A stretch of DNA of 64,000 bases from Alphaproteobacteria bacterium (GCA_015062535.1 SUUK01000001.1:399055-463054); one strand, 5' to 3'. Shown: positions 29,360 through 39,302, counted from the first letter of the stretch. The notes: generated by a model not told the origin, from the sequence alone. Numbers and translations: made by a program.

Positions 29360-29572
29360 ATGGCAAAAGAAAAAAAGAACATCTTACAGACCTTAATCGC
29401 CTATGAGCTACACCGAGGCGAAGTTGAGGAAGTCTTGATAAAATTCGGATGGGTTCGCAAAGATGCCTATTTTATGGAAAGCGAATTATACTGCTGGCTT
29501 GAAAGAGAGCCTTCAGACGAAGACATCAAAAAGGTTTTAACTGAAATCGGATACGACGTTAGTAAATTATAA
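29360..29572 (+). CDS. hypothetical small phage protein
   Basis: 70-aa ORF behind element copy B. Confidence 0.35.
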   Translation: MAKEKKNILQTLIAYELHRGEVEEVLIKFGWVRKDAYFMESELYCWLEREPSDEDIKKVLTEIGYDVSKL

Positions 29573-29582
29573 GGAGGCCACC

Positions 29583-30077
29583 ATGACAACATTACAAACA
29601 CAAAATAAAGAATGGGGATTTTGGGGAACAGCCTCAAACTACACCGGTAAAGACAACATGGCTGAGATTTGGGAAGCCGCCTTTAAGATTATCCAAGATA
29701 AAGCCGGATTTACACCTCAAGAGACCTTGGGCTTGATGGACAGCCGATGGGGTCGCCATACCGCAGACGAATTTGCCGAAGAAATCAGCTGTGATTTAGA
29801 AACATTTATCAAAGCCTTTAAGAGAAAAATGACGAAAGACCGCCTACATAGGGATTTCAATTACTATGTCGATGCGGATGCCTACAAACCTACCAAGGCC
29901 ACACGCAGGTATGAAAATTTCGCTAAGGACTTAGCCAAGTTAACAAAAACCTACGGTATCGTTATCAAGTCCATCGGTGGGGTTAGCCTTAGCTCACAAG
30001 AAGATTTGAAAAACTTCAAAGGATACACAACCGATTTAGAAAGTGGCGATTTAGAACCAGTTTGGAAGGAGAACTAA
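29583..30077 (+). CDS. hypothetical phage protein
   Basis: 164-aa ORF with RBS AAGGAGG. Confidence 0.35.
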   Translation: MTTLQTQNKEWGFWGTASNYTGKDNMAEIWEAAFKIIQDKAGFTPQETLGLMDSRWGRHTADEFAEEISCDLETFIKAFKRKMTKDRLHRDFNYYVDADAYKPTKATRRYENFAKDLAKLTKTYGIVIKSIGGVSLSSQEDLKNFKGYTTDLESGDLEPVWKEN

Positions 30078-30078
30078 G

Positions 30079-30453
30079 ATGAAAAAGAAAGCATTACCAG
30101 AACAGTATTTGGCAAAGATTAAAACCGCCGCACAACTTCTTGATAAAGAAAAAGCGTTTGTGGATACAGCGGTTTTCAAAATAAACGGAGATTACTACGG
30201 ATTTCAACCATTCGAGCAAAAATACAAAAAGAAATATACGGCAGTTGCTGAAGACAGGCTAGAAAAAATACGAGAAAGAATTATTGAATTTGAAGAGAAA
30301 CTAAAAGCAGACAACATCAATTTAATGGTCTGCTTTATTTCTATGGAAGAAGGCGGTGCTATCATTAATATCGGCCAAGAAGGTTTCAAAGAAAGAGAAC
30401 TTATTATGAAAGAACTTCAAGAACTGGAGAAGAAACATGCCCAAATATCCTGA
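30079..30453 (+). CDS. hypothetical phage protein (coiled-coil rich)
   Basis: 124-aa ORF coupled to the upstream gene. Confidence 0.35.
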   Translation: MKKKALPEQYLAKIKTAAQLLDKEKAFVDTAVFKINGDYYGFQPFEQKYKKKYTAVAEDRLEKIRERIIEFEEKLKADNINLMVCFISMEEGGAIINIGQEGFKERELIMKELQELEKKHAQIS

Positions 30454-30634
30454 TATTACAGTCGAGTTAATCGGTCAAAACGGAAACGCATTCAGCATCT
30501 TAGGAATTTGCCTGCGTGCTATGAGACAAGCCGGTTTATCTAAGGAAGAACGAGATAAGTTCTATGCTGAAGCGACTTCCGGGAATTATGACCACCTGCT
30601 GATGACCTGTATGGAATGGTTTGAAGTCGAATAA
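30437..30634 (+). CDS. hypothetical small phage protein
   Basis: 65-aa ORF overlapping the upstream gene by 17 nt. Confidence 0.35.
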   Translation: MPKYPDITVELIGQNGNAFSILGICLRAMRQAGLSKEERDKFYAEATSGNYDHLLMTCMEWFEVE

Positions 30635-30686
30635 GGCTTAAAAAAAAGAGAAAGAAAAAGTGCGGCAGTTAACCGCACCTTTTTTG

Positions 30687-31046
30687 TTACTGGATTGTTT
30701 CGGGAGTTTCATCAACCTCGGGTGCGACAGCAATCAGTCGGTATCTGCGAACCCCGTCTTTCTTTTCAGACGTAAGTGTGGCTCCGACTTGTTTACTTGC
30801 CAAGACTGACATGGCCCCTCGGACGGAGTTTTCTTTCCAACCGAGTTTATCTGCCAGTTCCTTAATGGAAACGCCTTCTTCCCTTGTCAGCATGACGGCC
30901 ATCATTGCCGTTTTGAATTGCTTGGAAGTGTTTTTAATGTCCGTATCCGGTGATGTTATCTCATTGAGCGTTTGGGTCAGTTTGTTGCCCAAGTCTTCAA
31001 GGGTTATAACATCGGCTGATTTGGTTTTGTTTTTTTGTGTTGTCAT
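30687..31046 (-). CDS. DUF3489-like winged-helix protein, antisense to phage late genes
   Basis: Start assigned to the second Met (MTTQKNKTK) at 31044-31046. It is preceded by an inverted copy of the conserved promoter-leader core at 31107-31128. The protein contains VSIKELADKLGWKENSVRGAMSVL. Confidence 0.4.
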   Translation of the reverse strand: MTTQKNKTKSADVITLEDLGNKLTQTLNEITSPDTDIKNTSKQFKTAMMAVMLTREEGVSIKELADKLGWKENSVRGAMSVLASKQVGATLTSEKKDGVRRYRLIAVAPEVDETPETIQ

Positions 31047-31142
31047 CTTATAAGTCCTTTCATTGATTAGGTTTAACACAACACAATGAATGCTTGGATT
31101 TACAATTATATCCAGTTAATTGTTGCATAAAAGGGAAAATAA

Positions 31143-31658
31143 ATGGGACAAAAGGTTTCACTTCGGGAATATGCCCGAATGCGTGGAGTTCGGCTTAATG
31201 CAGTTCAGACAGCCGTTAACTCCGGTCGCATACATAAAACGCCTGATGGGAAAATTGATGTGGAGGAAGCCAACAAGGAGTGGTTCATGAACACTGACCC
31301 GGCCAAAAGCAGAAAAGCTGATCCATTATTTGAAACATCTGACGGCGGTGGCATGCCCAAAAACGGGATGTCAAACTTTCAGCAGGCAAAAACGGCAGAC
31401 ATTTATTATCGGGCTATGCTTGCCAAGGCAAAGCTCAAAATGATTACAGGAGAAACAATTGACCGCAAAAAGGCAGGATTACACGCATTCAACCTAGGCA
31501 GATCATTAAGAGATTTGTTCGTTTCGTTTCCAACAAGGTACGGAGCTCTCATTGCGGCGGCATTGGAAACAGACGAACACAAAACGGTGGTGGTGTTAGA
31601 TGAATATATCCGAAAACTCTTATCAGAAAGCAAGGACGTTATCGACCGAGAACTTTGA
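31143..31658 (+). CDS. terminase small subunit
   Basis: N-terminal HTH VSLREYARMRGVRLNAVQTAVNSGRI is typical of small terminases. The gene sits immediately upstream of terL. Confidence 0.65.
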   Translation: MGQKVSLREYARMRGVRLNAVQTAVNSGRIHKTPDGKIDVEEANKEWFMNTDPAKSRKADPLFETSDGGGMPKNGMSNFQQAKTADIYYRAMLAKAKLKMITGETIDRKKAGLHAFNLGRSLRDLFVSFPTRYGALIAAALETDEHKTVVVLDEYIRKLLSESKDVIDREL

Positions 31659-33543
31659 TGCGGCAGATTATATTGAAGGCGAGTTTTTTCGTGGTGTTGA
31701 ACCGGATTCATATATGTCGGTCTCAGACTGGGCCGATGAATATCGAGTCCTGTCCAGTAAATCGGCATCCGAACCCGGACGTTGGCGAACATCAAGAACG
31801 CCTTATTTAAGAGAGATTATGGACTGTTTATCGCCCAAGAGCCCAATACAGAAAGTTGTCTTTATGAAAGGAGCCCAAATCGGTGGAACTGAATGTGGCA
31901 ACAACTGGATCGGATATATCATGCACAAGGCTCCAGGTCCGATAATGGCGGTGTCGCCGACTGTGGAAATGGCCAAGCGTAACTCTCGTCAACGTATTGA
32001 CCCGTTGATCGAGGACTGTCCGGCGTTAAAAAATCTGGTCAGTTCGCCTCGCTCTCGGGATAAAGGTAACACAATGCTGTCAAAAGACTTTCAAGGCGGC
32101 GTACTTGTGATGACCGGTGCAAACTCTGCTGTTGGACTTCGTTCCATGCCGGCTCGATACCTGTTTATGGACGAAGTGGACGGTTACCCTCAGGACATTG
32201 ACGGCGAAGGTGACCCAATTCTTTTGGCCGAGCGAAGAACCGCAACCTTTAACAAACGCAAAAAGATATTCTTGGTGTCAACTCCGACTATCAAGGGCTT
32301 ATCAAATATCGAGCGTGAGTTTGAAACATCAGATAAACGATACTATGTCGTGCCTTGCCCTTACTGTGGCGGATTTCAAAAGTTGGAATGGTCACAGATA
32401 CGAGCTGAAGGCGATAATGTTTATTATGAGTGCGAACATTGTAATAAACTCATCGGCGAGCATTATAAAACGCAGATGCTGGCGAATGGACATTGGCAAC
32501 CGACATCAAAAAGTGACGGCATAACGGCCGGATACCATTTGTCCTCGCTTTACTCTCCAGTCGGGTGGCTATCTTGGAAAGAATGCGTTGATATTTATGA
32601 AAAGACCAAGAAGAACCCGAGTTTGATACAAGGCTTCCAAAATACCATCTTGGGTGAAACGTTTGAACAAGAAAGCGATGCACCTGAATGGCAACGGCTT
32701 TATGAAACCAGAGAAACCTACCCAATCGGGACAGTTCCTAATGGCGGCTTATTCCTTACAGCCGGTGTGGATATTCAAAAAGACCGTATCGAATGCGAGG
32801 TTGTGGCCTGGGGACGACAAAAGCAAAGTTGGTCGGTGGAATATTTTGTTCTTGACGGCGATACGGCAAAACCTGACGTATGGCGACAATTACAAAATGT
32901 GCTTCATAAGGACTACCCACATGAAAGCGGTATCACAATGCCCATTCGGGTAATGTGTGTTGACTCCGGTTACGCAACCCAAGACGTTTATAACTTCGTC
33001 AAAAACTTTAACCAAGCCGTTTGGGGTGGCTCTGGTGCAAGAGCCAGTCAGCCTCATACCGTTGTGGCCATTAAAGGTCAAAGCCGAGACACCGCAATGC
33101 TCTTGTCAACCTCTAAAGCTGACACGAAAAAGAAAGGCCTGAAGGTTTGGAACGTATCGGGTCCGGTTGTTAAGACCGAACTTTACCGGTGGTTGAAGAT
33201 GGAACGCATTGGCGAAAATGCAACAGATTTCGGACGATGCCATTTTCCTCAATACTCGGAGGAATACTTCAAACAGCTGACCGCTGAACGACAAGTCGTG
33301 AAAATTAGCAACGGCTACCCGAAACCAGTATGGGAAAAAGACCCGGCAAGACGAAACGAAGCCTTGGACTGCCGAGTTTATGCTCGTGCCGGAGCTGCGA
33401 TTTATGGCCTAGATCGATTAAGTGAAAAGGCATGGCAAGAGTTAGAAGCCGTTATTCCGGCCCAAAGCTCGGCTGTTCCGGTTCAAAAGAAAAAACGATT
33501 TATTCAAATGCAACCAACAAAGGTGGATAATCCATGGTTATAG
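31600..33543 (+). CDS. terminase large subunit, lambda gpA family
   Basis: Begins MNISENS (lambda A begins MNISNSQ). The 647-aa protein has an ATPase Walker region (FMKGAQIGGTE) and Zn-finger cysteines CPYCGG..CEHC. Confidence 0.9.
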   Translation: MNISENSYQKARTLSTENFDAADYIEGEFFRGVEPDSYMSVSDWADEYRVLSSKSASEPGRWRTSRTPYLREIMDCLSPKSPIQKVVFMKGAQIGGTECGNNWIGYIMHKAPGPIMAVSPTVEMAKRNSRQRIDPLIEDCPALKNLVSSPRSRDKGNTMLSKDFQGGVLVMTGANSAVGLRSMPARYLFMDEVDGYPQDIDGEGDPILLAERRTATFNKRKKIFLVSTPTIKGLSNIEREFETSDKRYYVVPCPYCGGFQKLEWSQIRAEGDNVYYECEHCNKLIGEHYKTQMLANGHWQPTSKSDGITAGYHLSSLYSPVGWLSWKECVDIYEKTKKNPSLIQGFQNTILGETFEQESDAPEWQRLYETRETYPIGTVPNGGLFLTAGVDIQKDRIECEVVAWGRQKQSWSVEYFVLDGDTAKPDVWRQLQNVLHKDYPHESGITMPIRVMCVDSGYATQDVYNFVKNFNQAVWGGSGARASQPHTVVAIKGQSRDTAMLLSTSKADTKKKGLKVWNVSGPVVKTELYRWLKMERIGENATDFGRCHFPQYSEEYFKQLTAERQVVKISNGYPKPVWEKDPARRNEALDCRVYARAGAAIYGLDRLSEKAWQELEAVIPAQSSAVPVQKKKRFIQMQPTKVDNPWL

Positions 33544-33773
33544 ATAAAGAAACACTTAAAATACGATTGGCCGAAGCTGAAGAAGCCTACCATAAACTGC
33601 TCATCGGAGCCAAGGAAGTTTCGGTTAATGTCGGCAATTTCGGTTCGGTAACTTATAACCAAACCTCCCGAGCGGCTTTGGAAAGTTATATCTCAAGCCT
33701 AAAATCACAAATTGCGGCAGCCGAAGGTAAAACAACATCTTCTCGCAGACGAATGATAAAGGTGGTATTTTAG
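33534..33773 (+). CDS. head-tail joining protein, gpW-like
   Basis: 79 aa, overlaps the terL stop, and lies between A and B as in lambda. Confidence 0.55.
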   Translation: MVIDKETLKIRLAEAEEAYHKLLIGAKEVSVNVGNFGSVTYNQTSRAALESYISSLKSQIAAAEGKTTSSRRRMIKVVF

Positions 33774-33837
33774 GCATTATTTTCCTGAATATCATCAATT
33801 TAGCAATAGCTTATTTTGATGAGATTCAAGGAATTTT

Positions 33838-33948
33838 ATGCAGATAATATTGAATATATTAACAAGAAAAATTTTGAAGAAAATCGGCAAAATAAGCATT
33901 GTCTACGATGTTGCAAAAAATATTCCTGATGTCGTTGTTTGTTTTTAA
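33838..33948 (+). CDS. AT-rich mini-ORF (36 aa, hydrophobic/basic peptide) in W-B intergenic cargo slot
   Basis: MQIILNILTRKILKKIGKISIVYDVAKNIPDVVVCF. About 27% GC against about 48% for the flanking genes. Confidence 0.2.
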   Translation: MQIILNILTRKILKKIGKISIVYDVAKNIPDVVVCF

Positions 33949-34038
33949 TGATTAATCAAATCATTTACAATCAAACGCCTAATCAAAAACATTTTTTGCT
34001 AACACCAAATTTGATTATATTTAGGAGAATAATGCCTC

Positions 34039-35508
34039 ATGACAGACACATCACATAAATCAGCCTCGCACTCTTTACGAGAGATTGCTTCATGGCTCCC
34101 CGGACGTGGGTCGGCGGATAGCGACTTACTTCCGGAATTAAATACAATTGTTGCCCGTTCAAGGGATTTGGCTCGTAACCATGGTGTGGCTTCGGGTGCC
34201 ATGCAAACCTTATCCGATAACATTGTCGGTACAGGGTTTCGCCTGTCGGTTAAGCCGGATTATAAAGCATTAGGCAAAACCAAAGAATGGGAAGAAGAAT
34301 GGCAAGTAAAGGTGGAAGGTCTTTGGCGATCGTGGGCAGAAACATTTAACTGCGATGCCGCCAAGAAGTTAAACTTTCATGGCCTAACGACACAAGTTTT
34401 CAAGTCCTGCCTTATCAATGGCGAGGCTTTAGCTTTGCCGTTATGGTTGAAAGACAGACCTTTTTCAACAGCCATCCAGTTGGTAGAACCTGACAGATTA
34501 TCAAACCCCAACAATGTCAGCGATACCAAAACACTCCGAGGTGGTATTGAAATTGATAAGTATGGAGCACCCATAGCCTATCACATTCAAAAAGACCATC
34601 CGGGCGATTATTGGACAGGAATTGCGTCTTGGGAGTGTATTTCGGCTTTTACTCCTTTTGGCCGAAGACGAGTTCTACACGTTCACGATATCAGCCGAAT
34701 TGGGCAAAATCGTGGAAAGCCTGTCCTAAGTGCCATTATGCCGATGTTCAAAATGCTCGATCATTATGAGCGGTCAGAACTGCAGGCCGCCATTGTGAAT
34801 GCAATGATTGCCGCATTTATTGAAACGCCGATGGATAATGAAGGCTTAAACGAACTGTTCGGTGGTTCAAGCGATGAATACTTGAATGCCAAAAAGGACT
34901 GGCAGGTCAAGTTAGAGGGTGGCTCGATTATTCCGATATTCCCCGGAGATAAGGTCGCCCCATTTACCCCGTCTCGCCCGAACTCGGCATATGGTGCTTT
35001 CGTTGAAAACTTGCTCCGACACATCGGAACCGGATTAAACATTCCGTACGAGTTGCTGTTAAAAGACTTCTCAAAGACAAATTACTCGTCCGCCCGTTCT
35101 GCCTTGTTAGAAGCTTGGCGATATTTCAACGGTCGCCGTCAATGGCTGTCCGATTACTGGGCAACACCGGTTTATGAACTATGGCTAGAAGAAGCCGTTA
35201 ATAAAGGACTGGTTGATGCTCCAGACTTTTATGAAAAACGATACGCATACACAAGATGTAAGTGGATCGGTCCTGGTCGTGGCTGGGTTGATCCGGTTAA
35301 GGAAGCCCAAGCCTGCCAAATCCGAATGGAGATAGGACTTTCAACCTTAGAGGCTGAATGTGCCGGTCAAGGCTTAGACTGGGAAGAAGTTTTAGAACAA
35401 AGAGCAAGAGAAAAAGCCAAACTTGCCGAATTAGGTTTAACATTAGGAGAAAACCATGAAAGGAACATAGAACAGGATGAAGAAAAAGAGGTATCGGGGA
35501 ATATATGA
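34039..35508 (+). CDS. portal protein, lambda gpB family
   Basis: 489 aa located after W, of lambda portal size and composition. Confidence 0.8.
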   Translation: MTDTSHKSASHSLREIASWLPGRGSADSDLLPELNTIVARSRDLARNHGVASGAMQTLSDNIVGTGFRLSVKPDYKALGKTKEWEEEWQVKVEGLWRSWAETFNCDAAKKLNFHGLTTQVFKSCLINGEALALPLWLKDRPFSTAIQLVEPDRLSNPNNVSDTKTLRGGIEIDKYGAPIAYHIQKDHPGDYWTGIASWECISAFTPFGRRRVLHVHDISRIGQNRGKPVLSAIMPMFKMLDHYERSELQAAIVNAMIAAFIETPMDNEGLNELFGGSSDEYLNAKKDWQVKLEGGSIIPIFPGDKVAPFTPSRPNSAYGAFVENLLRHIGTGLNIPYELLLKDFSKTNYSSARSALLEAWRYFNGRRQWLSDYWATPVYELWLEEAVNKGLVDAPDFYEKRYAYTRCKWIGPGRGWVDPVKEAQACQIRMEIGLSTLEAECAGQGLDWEEVLEQRAREKAKLAELGLTLGENHERNIEQDEEKEVSGNI

Positions 35509-35513
35509 TAATT

Positions 35514-36671
35514 CTATAAAGGTTCAACATCCGAAGATAATAGGTCTGTATATTTTTGATAAGTATATATTTGTCCCCATTTTTTTTCGGAATTATTTAC
35601 CAAAATCCCTAAGTCAATTAAATGATTTAAGGATTTTATGACGGTTGGTTTTGTACTTCCTATCATATTGATAATTTCAGAAACGGTAAGCATAGGTTTC
35701 TTTTGAAATGCTGAAAACACTTTCAAAGCAGATTCTGATGCTCGACCGAGAGTTTTTATCTGCTCAACATCTGCTGAAAAGATATTTTGAATATTTATAA
35801 GTGTTTTTTTAGCATCATTTGCCGTTTCAATAACACCTTCTAAAAAGAATTTAATCCAATTTTCCCAGTCTCCATCTTTACGAACACCATTGAGAGCATC
35901 ATAATACAGGGTTCTATTCTTTTTGAAGAATAAACTCAGGTATAAGAAAGGAGAATCCAGCACACCTTTTACACATAAGAAAAATGTAATTAAAAGACGA
36001 CCAAGTCTTCCATTTCCATCAAGAAATGGGTGAATTGTTTCGAACTGTACATGGATAAGAGCAGCTTTGATTAAATTTGGAATATTATCTTCATCATTCA
36101 TAAAAATTTCCAAATCTCCTAAAACAGACATGAGTTTTTCAGGAGGAACAGGCACAAATCGAGCATTACCAGGTCGTGTTCCACCAATCCAATTTTGGGA
36201 TGAACGAAATTCTCCAGGAAGTTTTGTTTTTCCCCTAGAGTTAGTAAGAAGTATTTTATGAATTTCACGAATAAGACGTAACGACAACGGAAATCCTTCT
36301 TTGATGCGTTGCAACCCATGATTTAATGCTGCCACATATGAAGATACTTCTGATGCATCTGCAACAGGAACACCTTGTGTTTGTTCTGATTCATATCTTA
36401 AAAGATCATCCAACGTTGATTGTGTCCCCTCAATTTGTGATGATAATACAGCTTCCTTACGGACATACATATAATTCAGAACAGAAGGATCTATTGTTGC
36501 TTCAACAACACCGTTAAGTTCTCCGATGGATTGATTAGCTTTTTCTAATAAAACAGATACCTCTGATAAATCAATATCAGGTTTTGGTGGTAATGGATTA
36601 GGAATAAAGGCTTGATATGTTTCAGATGTTACTGAGCATTTCACTAAAGTTCCTTGAATATCACGTTTCAT
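35514..36671 (-). CDS. Fic-family protein (class II, N-terminal inhibitory helix), cargo gene
   Basis: Canonical FIC motif HPFLDGNGRLGRLL, inhibitory motif SSQIEGT ([ST]xxxE[GN]) N-terminal, and a C-terminal winged-helix region. It is on the opposite strand between portal and prohead protease and has lower GC. Confidence 0.9.
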   Translation of the reverse strand: MKRDIQGTLVKCSVTSETYQAFIPNPLPPKPDIDLSEVSVLLEKANQSIGELNGVVEATIDPSVLNYMYVRKEAVLSSQIEGTQSTLDDLLRYESEQTQGVPVADASEVSSYVAALNHGLQRIKEGFPLSLRLIREIHKILLTNSRGKTKLPGEFRSSQNWIGGTRPGNARFVPVPPEKLMSVLGDLEIFMNDEDNIPNLIKAALIHVQFETIHPFLDGNGRLGRLLITFFLCVKGVLDSPFLYLSLFFKKNRTLYYDALNGVRKDGDWENWIKFFLEGVIETANDAKKTLINIQNIFSADVEQIKTLGRASESALKVFSAFQKKPMLTVSEIINMIGSTKPTVIKSLNHLIDLGILVNNSEKKWGQIYTYQKYTDLLSSDVEPL

Positions 36672-36810
36672 GGTATCTCCTTTGTTTTATTATAAGAGTA
36701 TTATAACCGAATAACCTTTACAAGTCAATATAAAAAGTAAAGGTTATCAATTTATCCTTTACTTTCTCAAAAAGAAAGTAAAGGTTTTTATTTAAATGAA
36801 AGGAAAAACC

Positions 36811-37923
36811 ATGAAACTATTAAACAAGACCGTTTGGGCAATAACGCCCGAGATGTTGCAGACGATGATGACGATAGCGAGGCAGAACAACAAAAGCCCT
36901 GAAGCAGTCGCCAGTCAATTAGGTAAAGAGATGAAAAACACAAACGCCGTTTCAGTAAGAGACGGCGTTGCTGTTATCAGGGTAACCGGCCCGTTGTTCA
37001 GGTATGCAAATCTGTTCACTCGCATTTGTGGAGCGACCTCTTATGAACTGTTTGCTCAGGATTTTAACAAAGCCCTTAAAGACCCAAGCGTTCAAGCCAT
37101 CTTGCTTGATGTTGACAGTCCGGGTGGCGAAGTTAACGGCTGTTCCGAAGTTGCTGATATGATTTATAAGGCTCGTGGTACAAAGCCGATTATCGCTTAT
37201 GCATCCGGTTACTGTTGCTCGGGTGCTTACTGGATCGCCTCAGCCTGTGACAAGATTTATGCAACCGATACAGCTGTCATCGGTTCAATTGGTGTCGTTT
37301 CCATTTTTGAAAAGGATGATGAAAACAAAACCATAGAGATTGTTTCATCGCAAAGTCCGAACAAACGCCCAAATGTGGAAACCGAGGAAGGTAAAGCCAA
37401 AATTCAAGAGCACGTTGATGCGTTGGCTGATGTTTTTATCAATAAAGTTGCACTTAACAGGGATATCTCCCCGAAGGAAGTTATTGAAAACTTCGGTGGT
37501 GGAGATGTGTTTGTTGGGCAAAAAGCCGTCAGTATCGGTCTGGCGGACGGCTTGTCCTCATTCGAGGAATTGGTGTCAGACCTTAACCTTATGGAGAAAT
37601 CATTCATGAATGAACAAAAACCCACCTTTTCGGCCGAGGATATTAAGATGGCCGAGCGTGAACGCATGAGCCAAGTGTTCGCTTCCGACCTTGCAAAAGG
37701 TAAAGAAGAAACTGCTCAGATGTTGCTCGCAAAAACAGATATGTCAGCTTCTGACATCTTGGCTGTTTTAGGAACTATTCCGACAGCCCAAAAATCAACT
37801 GACTTTGAAAAAGCCATGGCAAGCGTGCCAAATCCGAACATTTCGCCTTCTGTTGAAGAACAGGAAGAAACACCGGATATGGTTGCCGCTCGTATTGCAT
37901 CATATACAATGGAGGTCAAATAA
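36811..37923 (+). CDS. prohead protease / scaffold, S49 (SppA/ClpP-like) family, gpC-like
   Basis: ..VDSPGGEVNG.. with the Ser nucleophile context GYCCSGAYWIASAC. RBS GAAAGGA lies before the ATG at 36811. Confidence 0.8.
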   Translation: MKLLNKTVWAITPEMLQTMMTIARQNNKSPEAVASQLGKEMKNTNAVSVRDGVAVIRVTGPLFRYANLFTRICGATSYELFAQDFNKALKDPSVQAILLDVDSPGGEVNGCSEVADMIYKARGTKPIIAYASGYCCSGAYWIASACDKIYATDTAVIGSIGVVSIFEKDDENKTIEIVSSQSPNKRPNVETEEGKAKIQEHVDALADVFINKVALNRDISPKEVIENFGGGDVFVGQKAVSIGLADGLSSFEELVSDLNLMEKSFMNEQKPTFSAEDIKMAERERMSQVFASDLAKGKEETAQMLLAKTDMSASDILAVLGTIPTAQKSTDFEKAMASVPNPNISPSVEEQEETPDMVAARIASYTMEVK

Positions 37924-38261
37924 TGACAGTACAAGGATTTAAGGATTTAGGAACTTCAACGGTCGATAACTTACTCGCCGGTGAGTTTCCAAGAGTTGGC
38001 ATTTTAGCCACAATCACAGGTGGTTCCTATGAAAAAGGAACAGTATTGAGCAAGTCAGATGGTAAATACACTATCTGTTCAACTGAGCCCGAGGCTATTT
38101 TAGCCGAAACGGTTGATGCTTCAGCCGAAGATAAACAAGCCGTTATCTATTTAACCGGCGAATTTAACTTGTCGGCGTTGAAAGCTTCTGTTGATGTGGC
38201 AACTCTAACAGACAAACTCAGAAATAAAAGCATTTTTGTAAAATCAAACCAAGGAGCATAG
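37923..38261 (+). CDS. head decoration protein, gpD-like
   Basis: 112 aa located between protease and major capsid. Confidence 0.5.
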   Translation: MTVQGFKDLGTSTVDNLLAGEFPRVGILATITGGSYEKGTVLSKSDGKYTICSTEPEAILAETVDASAEDKQAVIYLTGEFNLSALKASVDVATLTDKLRNKSIFVKSNQGA

Positions 38262-38264
38262 ACC

Positions 38265-39293
38265 ATGGATATTTTTTCTACTCATGTCTTATCGAAGGTC
38301 GTTGAAAACTTACCAACCCCTTCATCTTTCTTATTGGATACATTCTTCCCGAATGTCCAAACCTCAGAAAAAGAGGAAATCTACTTTGATGTGACGGACA
38401 GTAAACCACGCATCACTCCTTTCGTCTCCCCCTTACTTCCTGGTAAAGTGGTCGATAATAAAGGTTACACAACCAAATCTTTCAAGCCGGCCTATGTCAA
38501 AGACAAACGCCGTTTTGATGCGAACATTCCGTTCAAGCGTGTTGCCGGAGAAATCATCGGTGGCAATTTATCAAACGCTCAACGTTATGAACGAGCACTA
38601 GCCACAACTTTACAGGACCAGTTGGAAAACCTAACACGTCGTGAGGAAGTCATGGCCGCTGAAATCTTAAGAACAGGACAAACAATTGTTTCGGGCGATG
38701 GTTATCCGTCCACGACAGTTTCATTTGGGCGTGATGCCAGTTTGACTAAGGCCTTGGTTGGTTCCAACACATGGGCCACATCTGGTGTTAAACCGCTTGA
38801 TAACCTTGAGGACTGGGCATCTGAAATTCAAAACAAGGCCGGTGTGGTTGCAAAAACAGTGGTTATGGATCCTGATGCTTGGAAAATCTTCCGTTCAAAT
38901 TCAACGGTTGAAAAGTATTTGGATTACCGCAGAGGCACCAACAACACCTTAAATGCTGACCCGATTACTCGTGGTAAAGACAGCAAGGCTCGTTATGTTG
39001 GTACTATCGGTGACTTTGATATCTATGTTTATAACGACAGCTATATCAATGATGCCGGACAAACCACAAACTTATTGCCGTCAAAAACTGTCATCCTCGG
39101 TTCTCGTGATGGTTTAGACGGAACACGTTGCTATGGTGCAATCCACGACGAAAAAGCAAACTGGACGGCTACTCGTTACTTTACCAAGTCCTGGCTGGAA
39201 GAAGATCCTTCCGTTCGTTGGTTGTTGTTACAGTCTGCTCCGCTTGTCGTACCATATCGTCCGAATGCGGTATTGTGTGCAACCATTGGCTAG
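38265..39293 (+). CDS. major capsid protein, lambda gpE family
   Basis: 342 aa at the gpE position, of gpE size. Confidence 0.75.
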   Translation: MDIFSTHVLSKVVENLPTPSSFLLDTFFPNVQTSEKEEIYFDVTDSKPRITPFVSPLLPGKVVDNKGYTTKSFKPAYVKDKRRFDANIPFKRVAGEIIGGNLSNAQRYERALATTLQDQLENLTRREEVMAAEILRTGQTIVSGDGYPSTTVSFGRDASLTKALVGSNTWATSGVKPLDNLEDWASEIQNKAGVVAKTVVMDPDAWKIFRSNSTVEKYLDYRRGTNNTLNADPITRGKDSKARYVGTIGDFDIYVYNDSYINDAGQTTNLLPSKTVILGSRDGLDGTRCYGAIHDEKANWTATRYFTKSWLEEDPSVRWLLLQSAPLVVPYRPNAVLCATIG

Positions 39294-39302
39294 GAGGTTT
39301 TC

